Positions 11,444 to 24,520 are shown, numbered from the whole stretch's first letter. The stretch: DNA of 63,545 nt, filler included, from Squatina squatina (GCA_031763465.1; 3 parts of 3 records of this genome joined end to end with filler, not necessarily neighbours in it), one strand, 5' to 3'. Notes: a model not told the origin generated them from the letters alone. A program made the numbers and translations.

Positions 11444-14400
11444 AAATGGATTCTTCTTATTTGACAGATTGATGTGTAAAAGTTTTTTTTTAGTATGTTG
11501 GGATTAATGCAGAGCTGAATATTTGTTTAAGAATGTATATACTCTTCCCTAAAGTTAGGTCAGTGGCTGTACTGAAAAGTCTAATTCATCATTAGCCTAG
11601 CCCACATATGTAAATTCTATCTAATTAGTGTCATTCATCAATATGCTGCCCCTAATAACTAGGTGATGGTACTCGCTGAGTTTTGTAAAGATTGTAGCAG
11701 TTTTGCATTTTAATAATGAAAATGTGTACAAGTTTATGGTGACACCCGCACTCCTACCTCTGGCTATACTCCCTCTTGTTACACAGACAAGATAGAAATT
11801 AGACTGCAAATGTTTGTTACTGTCACCCAAGAATGGATAAAGTTCCATTCTGAAAGAACCGTGCATGTTTCGCAAGCTCTTTCTGTTGGTAGAAAAAAGT
11901 AGCAAAATCTTATTGGACAAACGATAGGACATGTTCTGGTCATCACAAGGTCTGACAAGATTCAAGGTGAATATTTAAAGTGTGCTGCATAATTCAGGTA
12001 TGAAATTTTTAACAAGCATTATAGTATTACCTTGGAAAAAGAGCCAGCCCATATGCAGTGTCTTTTATTTTCCTGCATCCAGTTATGTGCCACAACAGCG
12101 TATGTGAAACCAGTTACTGCAACTTCATGAAAATAATTATCGTGCTGATATAATCCTACACTCTAGCTTTGTTTACATTGTGAGAGCATCCCAAATCAGA
12201 AAATACCCCTCCACTATGGGCAATGCCTGAATGTTGCCCTTAATTTAATGTTGCTTACCTCCAATTTGCACAAGCTCATCCATTTACTCGCAAACTCACA
12301 AACCAGATAGGATATCTTNNNNNNNNNNNNNNNNNNNNNNNNNNNNNNNNNNNNNNNNNNNNNNNNNNNNNNNNNNNNNNNNNNNNNNNNNNNNNNNNNN
12401 NNNNNNNNNNNNNNNNNNCAATAATCCATGAAGAAAAGGCGACAAATTGAGCAAAACACTGTTAGAAGTAATGCTTTCCAAAGTTCATTGCAAGAAGAGC
12501 ACCGCAGTTAACTGAAACTGTTTTCTTTTAAACAAAACTTTATATAGCACATTTCTGTAAACCAGATGTCTCTGTTTGATACAGCAAGACTCTTCTTTTG
12601 CCCAATAACTTTACACTCCATTGCCTTGCACGAATGTTAGTGTTTGCAGTGACCTTGATTAAATAGAAACAAAAGGTTTTATCGGTACCATCTGGGCTCT
12701 TCTATTTAGGGTTTCATTACAGCTGATGATTGCCTCCAGGGAGAGCCTGCTGAAGATTTCTTTCATTTCAGACATAACTCTCGAAGTATGGTCTGTTGTC
12801 TCTCAGAGCAAAATTATGACCATCAATCGCAATTATTCTCTGGTCTGCATTTCTGAAAGAAGTTTTTTGTGCAGAGCATGGAATTTAAAAGTGACACAGT
12901 TGATTTCCTCATTCTCTCTCGGTCCTGTGCTTGGCATAGGCCCTCCACAAGGCGAGCAGTGAAAGGGAAAGGGGCGATGCTGGTTCCGCTCCCTGCCACA
13001 AACTACTTGCAATGACTGGTATGCTTGGAGACGTGTACTACAGACCTTTGCTGGGATCACTTCAATTGATTACAAAAAACTTGCAGCTGTCAGCCAGATG
13101 GGGGATTGATTTTTTTATGCAGGCAGGAAACATATCTGATTAACAATACTTTAACAATTACATTTTACAGAGCTTGAAATCCATGTTAACACAATTCCGA
13201 TCCCATTCTGTGCACTTGATGATGTCTCACAAAGTTAGTAAAATTGCCTTCATTTTGAAAATAAATAGAATAAATAACGAGAGTTGTATCCAGTCATGGC
13301 CACGGTACCAATGAAAAGATACAGGGCTATGAGGAGAGAGCAGGCAGCAGGATTAGTTTGGGCTGTTCTGGTAAAGGATTGCTGGTGGAGAGTCTGGTCT
13401 GGCAGCAGCAAATTTTGGAAATTTGGGTAGGCATGGAGCATAATTTCAGCCCATTAATTTGAATGGTTGGAAAATCATGTGGAGTGCGTTCCTGAGTTCC
13501 TGATCTGTGCTTCCAGCAAGCGAAGTTCCCTGCCAGCAGTGTACAGTCGGAAAATGATCTTTGCAGAAGCCATGGGAAAGGACTCCAAGAAAGGCAGCAA
13601 CATGGCTGCAGGTTTTGGCCACAAAGAGAGGCAAGGGAAGCTATTGCCACTGGATTATTAATATGGTGCAAGACCGACAGCATTACAGGGTTCACTTGAT
13701 TGCCAGACATGATAGAATTCATGGAGACATGGAGGTCCAGCATGTCTCTTGCCAAATTCTCTGGCTTGANNNNNNNNNNNNNNNNNNNNNNNNNNNNNNN
13801 NNNNNNNNNNNNNNNNNNNNNNNNNNNNNNNNNNNNNNNNNNNNNNNNNNNNNNNNNNNNNNNNNNNNNAGTTGTGAGAGAGTGGTGTGATTGCCTTCAA
13901 TCTGTTGCAAAGTCCTTGAGACAGCAACGATGTCCTGCACTCGGCATTCCTTTCTTCTTTCGGAGGTCATCTATATCAATTGATGTGAGGCCCATGCAAT
14001 GTAAAGGCCAGCAGGGCCTCTCAGTGATTATCACCTCAAGTCTCCGCTTTACGCTTCCTGATATTGCCTCCCGGGACAAAAGTGACCAATTTCGCTACGT
14101 CATTGTGCCTCCGGCTGGAGGCCTGAATCTCTCCTAAACTTTTTGCTTACCGTCTCTGCCAATTTCACCCCCTAATATCGGGTGGGGTGCAATATGGCCG
14201 AAGAGTGTAATGCCGTCTGTTTTACCTCTGCAACCGTCCAATATCACTTCCTAATATTTCTCTCCAGTGGGTTAGTGATTTGAACAAACTTAAGTTGATA
14301 AATTAGATTTGCTGATACTGTCAAAGCAATGCCCAATGTATTGCATTCATTACAATTTTACAAGTTAAACATTTAAACAAATTAGAGAGAGCTAACAACA

Positions 14401-16209
14401 GTGCAAACTGGAGAAAGTCCATTAAAAGAAGCATGTGCACGCTCAATGGGTGATGACCTTCTTTCAGCCTATACTTTACTATGTTGTGCAGGGCTGTCAT
14501 TTTTGATTCTGAGTGAATCTTTGCGAGAGCTTTACTCATTAGTGGCTGATTACTCAATAATCATTCTGTCCCTTGATGCAACCTTGTTTCTGCTCAATAG
14601 GTTGAACCCTGGCTTCAGCAAACCGAGTGGCCAATATACTCTGCAATAATTATTCTAGCAGTTCTTTATCTGAGGCCATTAGGGATGTTATTTAAAGTCT
14701 GTGTGCATATCTTACATAGTGAAATAAATACATTGGATACAGCAATACATATATAACACAGTGAAACCCCATTGACGAATCGCTAAAATGTTAAAGCTCA
14801 AGTACATATTTTATTATCCAATCTACATTAAAAAAAAAATTTGTGCCATTGGTTGCATTATTCAGTTAGTGAGATAGCACCATGCACACAGATTTATGGG
14901 CCATTTTCTGCCCTTGCATGATCAACAGATTTGTGAATATTTTTTTTAAACAGTGATTGTACTAAGTCACTAAGAAAAAGATTCCACAAAGCATCACCAT
15001 CCGCGAGGCAGCCAGAAGACAAACAGACCTCAACACACCCAAAATCGTGGACGCAAGGACAATCCAATCACAAGATGTCTTTATATTGTGTAAGCATTTA
15101 CGAAAAAAAGCCATGTCAATGCCATTGCTTAGGCCAGGACCACCGCCAGCATCAGTACAGCGAATAGTAAAACAGAAATGCTATTGCGGATCCTGGCATC
15201 AATATCATTACCAAGGGGATCATCGCAGAGACATGTACCTTTGTTGTAGAGTTCTAACCCTGGATTCTCAGATAGTACTTACCAAATGAGGTAGAGTTCC
15301 ATTACGCNNNNNNNNNNNNNNNNNNNNNNNNNNNNNNNNNNNNNNNNNNNNNNNNNNNNNNNNNNNNNNNNNNNNNNNNNNNNNNNNNNNNNNNNNNNNN
15401 NNNNNNNAACGTGCAAATCACTGTGTCTAATCCTGTCAGTCCCATCCAATCCACATCAATGGTGCCAAATGTCATAAAGTGCACAGATCCTGAAGGAGAT
15501 ATAATCACAAGACAATTATGCAATACATACCACTTAAATCCTTACATCTGGGTAAAGAATCATCTTTTTCACATAAATCTGAATCAATAAAGTCAGTGCC
15601 AAAATATTCAATAAATTTAATGCATACCACACGGGCAACCGGAGGAGGTATATTATTACTGTCAGAAGTATATTTTAATGAAAAACATGGTGTTTCTCTC
15701 TCTCCCCAAAGTGCAAAATCTATACAGTATCATTTTAATTAGCACCAGCAGAATGCCAGCACAGCTGTCAAGTATTATAAACCAAAGCAACATCCATAGG
15801 TGGCTATTTTAAACCCTGCACCTCAAGCAGCCATGAGAACAAAAATGCCCAACAGTATCAAAAGTGAAAATTTTGATACTTAAAATGCTTCACATCACCC
15901 CCGACCCCCCCCACCCCCTCCACACTCCACCCCATTCTTACTCCGGGGTACTTTGATTGGCATTTTGTCAGAATTGATAAAGAGACCCGTGATTGGTAAA
16001 TAAAGGGAGGGTGGTCCCAATGAGCATAATGTCAATCAACGGACAAATCCTTTCACAAGTAATTCAAATGAGGGGAGCGATGAAGATTTTTCAGAATTTC
16101 GCTCTCGTGGTCCACGGCGCAGTAAACTTTCTCGTCCTCGTGAGCTCGATTACAAGTTGCAATAAACGAAACCAGCAGCAGTCAGAGATTTCTACAGCAT
16201 CATCGAGGC

Positions 16210-16384
16210 TGCCAACTTGTGGGAAAAATATGGAGGAGCAAATTTGCTGGGAAATTACAGAGAGATGCAAGAACTATAGAGTAGTGATAACGAGAGACTT
16301 CAACTATCCTATTATAGACTGGGATAGTAACAGTGTACAGGGCAGAGCGGGGGCAGAATTTCTGAAGTGTGCTCAGGAGAACTT
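16210..16384 (+). mobile_element. CR1 LINE endonuclease fragment
   Basis: EEQICWEITERCKNYRVVITRDFNYPIIDWDS...GAEFLKCAQEN, a degenerate GDFN(Y)P.IDW motif. Confidence 0.85.
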
Positions 16385-19300
16385 NNNNNNNNNNNNNNNN
16401 NNNNNNNNNNNNNNNNNNNNNNNNNNNNNNNNNNNNNNNNNNNNNNNNNNNNNNNNNNNNNNNNNNNNNNNNNNNNNNNNNNNNCGATAATAAAATATGA
16501 AAACTAATCTCTGGCGCACAATATATGAGATTATGAGCATGATCTTCATGTTTGTTAAGCCTATTCAGAAACAAGTTGCACACAGAGGGGTTCCTATAGG
16601 GACTGGGCAAGATCATGCGATGTGCAATTTCCCAGATTCTACATGACCAAATTGTGCCCATCAGAAAATTTGTCCTGTTGCTCGGTACAGCTGCTTTGTC
16701 CTCCTGAGCTCGGTTTCAACTTTTTAAATGGCTCATGCTTCCTGCCCACAGCTGATTATCAGGATGCTACTGCCTCATTGGATGTCCTGCCATGTACTGA
16801 TCCAGGAAACTGTAATACAGAGGATTAATCAGTGAGCTTCAACCAATGTTTAGGTTACCCCTCAATAGTCACTTATAGGCTCAGGCGGCTACTCATGCAC
16901 ATTTCGATTGAGAAACCTGTTTTTTTCTCTTCTCCTTAACCCAAGAGCACTGAGGCCAATCGTAGACTCCATGTGACCACCCTGGTCGGGATTAGCAAGC
17001 TTAGCGTCAGCCAGGAACCAAACCTGGACCTCCCTGGATGGCTTAGTAACTCATTAAATAAACTCTCAGAGCTATCAGAGGAGGCAACACACTTTCTTCA
17101 TAGGAACATTTAAGCAAGGTAGAAAAGACAGTTCCCATGGTTTCTGATATGTTGAGCAATAATCAGAAATTTCTGTTTCAAAAGTGACTCAATTTCAAGA
17201 AAAAGTACAATTTTAAAAATGACAAAGCTTTATGAAAATGATGTTGCACCGTGAGTTATTTGTACAGAAATTACCAATGAAAAGAAAAAGTTAACAAACC
17301 GACGTTGTTGGTAAAATGCAGTAACTGTTCAATGTATCTAAGACTAGATTCATTCATCTCCTCGCGCCCTTCTAGAGAAAACCAATACTATAACCCTTTA
17401 CCTAAATAAGCCCTTTAATTGTGACTGTGACTACTAGATAAATACTGTCAATCTGGTTTCCTCTGAAATAGGGAGGTCTTGTACAGTGAAAAATATTACC
17501 AGTAACAGTTCTATTCATTTAGATAAATAAAACTAAAAACAACTAATCCACTTTGTACCTGTGATCATTCTGTAATCTGATTAGATAACATCCATCAAGA
17601 GGTTAATAAGATGATACCATCAGACCCTCCGCAGTCATTTTGCAGAGACAGCAAAGTCTTTATTGTGAACTATGTCCCTCTCAGTTTATATCTGGGTGAG
17701 CAATCTCATCAAGGATGCTCATTAACAATGTTCAATTGGAACAATCGCAGATGATCATTACCAGAATTCTGTGAAGAGGCTGCAGCTACAATGGGGAAAA
17801 AAATCAGTCTCCTGAACTTTGCCAGTTGTGTTTGACATAAATGACATGCCGTTATTCAAAGTGAATGATCCATATCTTATTGAACTGTCCCTTTTATGGA
17901 TAACAGTTGAAGGTTATTGAGATTCAGATTGAAAGTGTCACACACACTGTACTGTATTGAAGATAGGTGGTCATTAGTTCCATATGAGTTCCATTATCGT
18001 GGTAAAAAAATGAAGATATATTATACCACGTGCAAATGAGTAGCCACTGGTATCAGCATGAGATTGCAGCCTTTTTATAACATTCGCTTNNNNNNNNNNN
18101 NNNNNNNNNNNNNNNNNNNNNNNNNNNNNNNNNNNNNNNNNNNNNNNNNNNNNNNNNNNNNNNNNNNNNNNNNNNNNNNNNNNNNNNNNCAAGCGCTTGT
18201 CTGAAATTCCTCTCTCTGCTACATTCGTGGAGCCATTCAAATAAATGGGCCAAGCCACCCGCTGAAATAGAGGAGAGAGCAATTTCGGACAAATGTGATA
18301 AGCATTCATACACTGACGTCCCTTGGCATAATTTCAGGGTCCGTGGATTTCATCAGTGAAGCGCCTATTTGAAATCTGCAGAATGGACACATTCAGAATA
18401 GGGTTGCCAGAACTAATAGTTAGGGAATGATGCGACTGAGCAGTTCTGAATGGTGTTGTGCTGAAAGCCAGTCCAACCCATTTTCAACTATACGTTAATG
18501 GCCTTTGCTATCAAAGAAGAGAAAAGTTGCTGTCTACAGGCACCCTTAGTGTCCTGTGGTGAGTGGTTTGCCTGCCAGAAGGTGCAAGTGACTAAAAGGC
18601 ACTCAAGCTTTGACTTAAAAGGCTCAAGCAACATAATGGCATGTCATGTATTGTGCTAAAAATCATATTTTGTGCATCAGTGTGAAAAGCAATTTCAACA
18701 TTCAATTACTGTCATGTTTTACTGAATTACAGAATAGGAAATGGCTATACCCCTGGCTAACGGCCTTAAAGTAGAACAGTATTCACTTCGACTGGGCAAG
18801 TAAGTGTCATAAAGGAATTCATCTGTACGCTTGCTAATGACTAGCAGTTCTCCACTTGTTTGCAGGTTTCATGCTTTAAAATTGATGCTTAGTGCAATCT
18901 GTAAATAGAGGTTTTGTTGTAGAAATTGCCCCAGTTACATTATGAATGGGGTCATTTTAACCCTACCTGCCCGGCGGGAAAGGGATGGCCACTTTACTAC
19001 CTGCCCGATTTCCATTGGAAACTAAAAGCCAGCAGAGTGAAAACCAGGCCAGCAATCCAATCCCGTCTGGTTGCTGGCNNNNNNNNNNNNNNNNNNNNNN
19101 NNNNNNNNNNNNNNNNNNNNNNNNNNNNNNNNNNNNNNNNNNNNNNNNNNNNNNNNNNNNNNNNNNNNNNNNNNNNNNATCTGATATCGTCCTGATTTCA
19201 TTTTAAAGTTTAGAAATACAAAAATACAATCTATACAGCCTGACAGAAATGGATAATGTGTCTTTAAAAAGTTCCATATGGAAAATGGCAAGCGTTTTTA

Positions 19301-19734
19301 TGGAGCTATAAAAAGTAACATGTAATCTCTGCATCATCATTACACAAAGTAAAATGTGATGATGTTATTAGCAGACTTGCAGGGAGCCTGAGATATGTTT
19401 TTCAGCTAAACGGTCCACGTTGGACCATGGCTCAAATCATTAATCTTGGGAAAAGCAAAGCATGGCAGACATGGTCTACACATTTGCAAACTTATTCTCC
19501 AGATATTCTCAGAAAGAACAAATAAATAATGAATGGTGACAGGAGGCTGAATGCAGCTGGTGTGTGGCTTATTGGGATTAGGGAATAGGAGGGGAACACA
19601 CAGAGAATCTTGCCATAAAATAATGTTTGCCGTGTACCTGTGACATTTACACCTCCCTCAGGCTTACTTAATGTATCTTTATGATAATATTGAGAATTGC
19701 AGCTGATCCCCATAGAAAGTGATGTGTTGAACAT

Positions 19735-20061
19735 TGTTTTTCCAATTTCCTTCCCTCTGCTCCTGAAAGTGCCGACTCACTTTGAGACACTCTTCATTCG
19801 GTGACCATTCTTCATTTGAGAGCATGGACAGAGAGCATTGGTAGAGCATGTCACCAGAAAGCTATCACAACTGGAGTTCACTCAATATCCAGCCATCCGG
19901 GAGTCAGTGAATAGCGATTAGGAGTGAGAAATCTAATTGCTTTTCCCTCTCCCTACCACAGCTACTCATTGTGGTGCAACCAATTGCTGCCCTTGCTTAC
20001 ATCAGCTAGTTCAACACAGACCAGGGATTAAACCCAGCCCTTTCTCAGTCTGTATGATTCA
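19735..20061 (-). mobile_element. Ancient tRNA-derived SINE (AmnSINE2-like); further copies at ~16925-17080, ~43485-43760, ~51270-51530 and ~62311-62500
   Basis: Copies share motifs such as ccattcttcat, ggcta....ga, atagcgat.ag and tgaggccaat...cagct. A B-box-like gggattaaaccc lies at the head. Family name from recall. Confidence 0.5.
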
Positions 20062-21208
20062 NNNNNNNNNNNNNNNNNNNNNNNNNNNNNNNNNNNNNNN
20101 NNNNNNNNNNNNNNNNNNNNNNNNNNNNNNNNNNNNNNNNNNNNNNNNNNNNNNNNNNNNNTGGAGCTTTTCTTCCCCCCAATTTGATAGGGAATTAAAC
20201 TTCCATTTGTTATCCTGTAACGTCCAGAGCTTTCTGAAATTGGACCATTGTCACAGAAGAATGGATGGTCCTACCCACAGCCTTATGGAAAAATTCTTCA
20301 GATGACTTTTTTTTTCCAACAACATGCTACAGGATTTGTTCCCCGCAGCAGCATTCATTTATTTTCAGCATTCGGGTTTATTGCTTTTTAAAGAAATGGT
20401 TTGCGATAAATACTTCTTACAGGCTCCAGCAACTAACTTCTACCTTTTTGCTGTTGAGAAAATAATTGCCATTGCCATGACCATCTACCCTGTGTGTCCA
20501 TAACTGGCAAGACTCTGGCCTGGATTTTTATCTGCTATCCTGCCCAAATTGAGGACAAAATGCCAGTTCTTCTCCCAGATGATACATGGTTACTAATCTG
20601 CACAGGGCCTGAGGCAGGCGAAACTCCCCTCTGTTCCAAACATGCCACCTGACAGGGTAAGTGGTGGGCGGGGGGGCGCGGGTTTTCCCATGCTGAGAAA
20701 TACCTTAGCTCCCAGCTGTCTACCACCCAGGGATCTAGACACCAGGGAGAACCTACCTTACACATTAACTTAGGAGTGAAAGTGTGGCCTTCCTGGGATT
20801 CAACTGGACACTCCTGAAAACTGCTGGCACACCCTGATTGGCCGAATATTTTTAAATCTTCAGTGCCAGTACGCACAGCTGGCCTTNNNNNNNNNNNNNN
20901 NNNNNNNNNNNNNNNNNNNNNNNNNNNNNNNNNNNNNNNNNNNNNNNNNNNNNNNNNNNNNNNNNNNNNNNNNNNNNNNNNNNNNNCATCCCTTTATGTT
21001 CTTCAAAAGAGAGGGGGAGGCATTAAATTTGTTGTATGATGGAAATGGATTAACTTCAATCCCTCATTTTTTACAGAAAATATGTATTACACTGTTATAT
21101 ACTGATAAAGTTGTAGTTACTGCCTGCATCCAAAGCAGTTCTCAGACAAACTTCTTATTCAATGTACTTATCAAAATAGTTCTCCTCTTTTTGGCTGTCA
21201 GCATGATT

Positions 21209-21379
21209 TTATTGTCCTTGGCGGCAATGAGTTTGGAAGAAGTTTCCCAAAAATGTGCGATAACCAGGATCATCCACGTACTCATTCATGAATTTGGAAT
21301 TCAGGACCCGTGGGCGCTTCTTTGCCTGAACATTCTCAGTGGAAAATGTAGCTTCATAGCGCATGTCTGAAGCTGAAGA
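21209..21379 (-). CDS. KDM4C: KDM4C terminal coding exon with TAA stop
   Basis: Manual translation: SSASDMRYEATFSTENVQAKKRPRVLNSKFMNEYVDDPGYRTFLGNFFQTHCRQGQ*. This resembles the KDM4C C-terminus (STASDMRFEDTF...[24 protein letters not shown]...) more than KDM4A or KDM4B. Acceptor tttgtttgttag. Confidence 0.93.
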   Translation of the reverse strand, partial: SSASDMRYEATFSTENVQAKKRPRVLNSKFMNEYVDDPGYRTFLGNFFQTHCRQGQ

Positions 21380-22421
21380 CTAACAAACAAAGGTACATGG
21401 TCAGAAAAGTGCAAACGCTCAAACATTAGTAATCTACAAAAAGGTTCACCTTTCAGGTATGATGCTGTTTCACTTATCCTATTAGCTGCAACGTCAAATA
21501 AACTATCAGGGCTTAAATATATATACCTCAGTGAAGAGAGTGGGATAAAAATTTGGGGTTTACAGTCAAAGAACTGCTATTGAGCCCAAGATTACTGAAT
21601 TCAAGTTTGGCATTTGGACAATTTTCAGCACACATCTATTTCCCAGATNNNNNNNNNNNNNNNNNNNNNNNNNNNNNNNNNNNNNNNNNNNNNNNNNNNN
21701 NNNNNNNNNNNNNNNNNNNNNNNNNNNNNNNNNNNNNNNNNNNNNNNNCTGCGTTTGCCTACAAAACAATAGCGACCATAGTAATCAATTGGCTGTGAAG
21801 TAATTTATGATTTCCCCATTGGCTGAAGCTTTCTGCCTCATCCATGGTAGACAAATGTTGCAGCCATCAGCACCTTCCACCCATTAACAGGGTTTCCCCG
21901 GCAGAGATGTAGTTCACCGAATGGTACCTTTCCCCTATTCCCCACTCTCTCTCCAGTCCTCATCGCCCTCCTCACCCTTCCTGACCTTGGTCCAATTATT
22001 CCCCCACCCTCTAACTCAGCTCCACTTCAAATACTAGCCTTAGCTTTGAATGCTTGTGTACAACATCATACAAGATAATCTAGTTGTTCATTATATACGA
22101 TCAATGGAATTTGCAATTGAGAGTAACCAGCTTGAAATGAAAAATTCCCATTTCTCTAGTGCACCATCTAAGGCACCTTTCATAATGAACTATCCAATTA
22201 AAAAGTATTTACAATTAAAACAAATTTTAAGAGGGCAGTAAATTATTCAGCAAATAACCATGGTACACACATTCATTTTGCTAACTTTGTCCTAGATAGA
22301 CTGGAGAAGAAAGAGAAGGAACATAAGATCCTATTACTACTAAATTCCCGTGCGTCAGCTCATTAAAGTGTCAACAATTTAAATATTTGTCCCGACACCA
22401 TCCAAGCCAAACAGTTCTTAC

Positions 22422-22529
22422 CTGGTACATGTAAATAATGTTTGATGCCACAAATTTTGCACCATAGAGCAGACCATCAGTCCATCTCACTTGGACAACT
22501 TCTCCCTCTGCTGGAGGACCGAGCTCTAA
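22422..22529 (-). CDS. KDM4C: KDM4C double-Tudor exon; its 5' end runs into an N gap
   Basis: [36 protein letters not shown] is the KDM4 Tudor motif '[17 protein letters not shown]'. Donor CAG|gtaaga. Confidence 0.95.
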
Positions 22530-23482
22530 NNNNNNNNNNNNNNNNNNNNNNNNNNNNNNNNNNNNNNNNNNNNNNNNNNNNNNNNNNNNNNNNNNNNNNN
22601 NNNNNNNNNNNNNNNNNNNNNNNNNNNNNAATAAGGACATAAGGGGATAAAGAGGAAAAGCATAGAATTGAACTCAACAGATTGAGTTGCTATGGCTAAA
22701 AAAAATGGCAGAGGGGGCTTGATGGTTCGAGTCAGTCTAGTCATTTTGCTGTGCTATATACTCAGTTATGAAATAAACCGTTTAGTTACGAGGTGGCCGA
22801 TTTCCTTCCTCATAGAAGAACAATGAACACAAAGGCTGTGAAGATTTGGTATGATCTACAAAATTAAAAAGTGCACACAGTAAGGATTCTATTCTACGCA
22901 TGAGCTTGGAAAGTATTTTGAAGGTTGGAATAAGTTGTGGAGAATTTAGAACTGCAATGGAGCAGGCCACTTATCAGATTTGTAAGTGGGAAATCAATGA
23001 CTAGAACTTTCAGCTCACTAGTACTTGTGATTGCCTTGGTAAATGGCAAACATGAAGATCCTCAGAGAACTGGCTTTCAATCTATTCTCCTGAAGCTATG
23101 TCAAGTCGGGGAGAGAACAGATTAACAAATCAATGGTATACTTGCAGCATAAAATATTGATCTTTTTGTCTTTTACTGTCTGATGAAATCCACAGAGTCA
23201 ACAACAATTTGCATTTATACAGCAACTGAGATTATGGCCAGGAAGTGGGCTGGAGTCAATGGTGNNNNNNNNNNNNNNNNNNNNNNNNNNNNNNNNNNNN
23301 NNNNNNNNNNNNNNNNNNNNNNNNNNNNNNNNNNNNNNNNNNNNNNNNNNNNNNNNNNNNNNNNATCTGAAGCCTAGTAAATCCAAAAGCATATAGCATT
23401 CCAGAGATCTATTAACACTTATTGTAATTTCTGTCTTCAGTTGAATGTAAAATTATTGAAATGCATTAACATAAGTACTTAC

Positions 23483-23559
23483 TGCAGTCCATGCACCAAT
23501 TATACAACGAGAACAGGTCCAGCCATCATGGACTTCATGAAGAGGAACACCATAACAAC
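23483..23559 (-). CDS. KDM4C: KDM4C internal coding exon (77 nt), end of first PHD finger
   Basis: (S)[25 protein letters not shown], compare KDM4C 'SCYGIPSHEICDGWLCARC...AWTA' from recall. Acceptor ctgcag, donor GCA|gtaagt; completes the Ser codon split A/GT with the previous exon. Confidence 0.95.
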
Positions 23560-23639
23560 CTGCAGATCAAAGACAAGAGTCACAACTATTATTCCTATTA
23601 CAAAAATGAACACAAATTGAGCAGCACAATAATACTTAC

Positions 23640-23853
23640 TTGCATGAACCTGTAGACAGCATTTTGCGCAGGATATAAGCAAACTAGTTCCATCCTCTTC
23701 AATAAATGAATTGGTAGGGTAAAGTTCATTACTTTCTTCACTGTATGTAAAGCACATTTCTGGAATAAGCGGTTTAGTTTTATGTTGCTTGGATGGCGAC
23801 AGTTCAGCTGAATCAGTTTTGACTTGGGATTTTCTTTCCATGGGGTGATCAGG
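23640..23853 (-). CDS. KDM4C: KDM4C internal coding exon (214 nt), PHD finger
   Basis: [71 protein letters not shown](S). '[11 protein letters not shown]' and '[19 protein letters not shown]' are KDM4C-type. Acceptor tatgtag, donor A|gtaagt; phase fits both neighbours. Confidence 0.96.
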
Positions 23854-23974
23854 CTACATATGAAACAAATATGTTGTATAGTTAATTATCTATTCTTTTT
23901 CCCCAAATACACTGCTTCATATTTGTATATTTAAAAGAAAATCTGGAAATTAAAAATAAAAAACTGATACCAGC

Positions 23975-24105
23975 AAAGTGACCTCGCATGCCACTCGGTT
24001 ACATTAAGGAATAGACATTCCACCTTCACCTTCTCAAGGGCATCTAGGAATGGGCAATAAATGCTAGCCTTGCCAGCCACAGACGCAACCAGAGAATGAA
24101 TTTTT
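23975..24105 (+). mobile_element. LINE 3' end fragment
   Basis: ctcaagggcatctaggaatgggcaataaatgctagccttgccagc...gaatgaat, a LINE 3' terminus common in chondrichthyans (recall). Confidence 0.6.
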
Positions 24106-24109
24106 AAAA

Positions 24110-24520
24110 TCTTGCATTTACATAGCACCTTTCACAACCTCAGGACATCTTAAAGCACTTTAGAGCCAATGAAGTACTTTTGAAGTGGAGTCACTGTTGT
24201 AATGTACGGAAACATGGTAGCTAATTTGCACACAGCAGGGTCCCACAAACAGCAATGAGATAATAGCCAGGTACTCTGTTATAGTGATGCTTGTTGAGGT
24301 TTAAATATTGGCTAGGACACTGGGGAGACCTCTCCTGCTCTTCTTCACAATAATGCCATGGGATTTTTCACGTTCATCCGAGAGGGCAGGTGTTGTCTTG
24401 GTTTAACGTCTCGTTCAATAGTGCAGCACTTCCTCAGTGTTGGGCCTAGAATGAGGCTTGAACCCTCANNNNNNNNNNCTCAAGACTCAGAAGCAAAAAT
24501 GATACCACTGAGTCAAGGTT
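24110..24520 (-). mobile_element. Near full-length Deu-domain tRNA-derived SINE (SacSINE1-like)
   Basis: On the minus strand: A-box-like TGACTCAGTGG, B-box-like GGTTCAAGCC, the Deu core gctgtttgtgggaccctgctgtgtgcaaattag, and an L2-like 3' end. Confidence 0.8.

Noticed and set aside
24440-24520. tRNA gene
   Set aside because: The A/B-box-like motifs are the head of a SINE and continue directly into the Deu domain.
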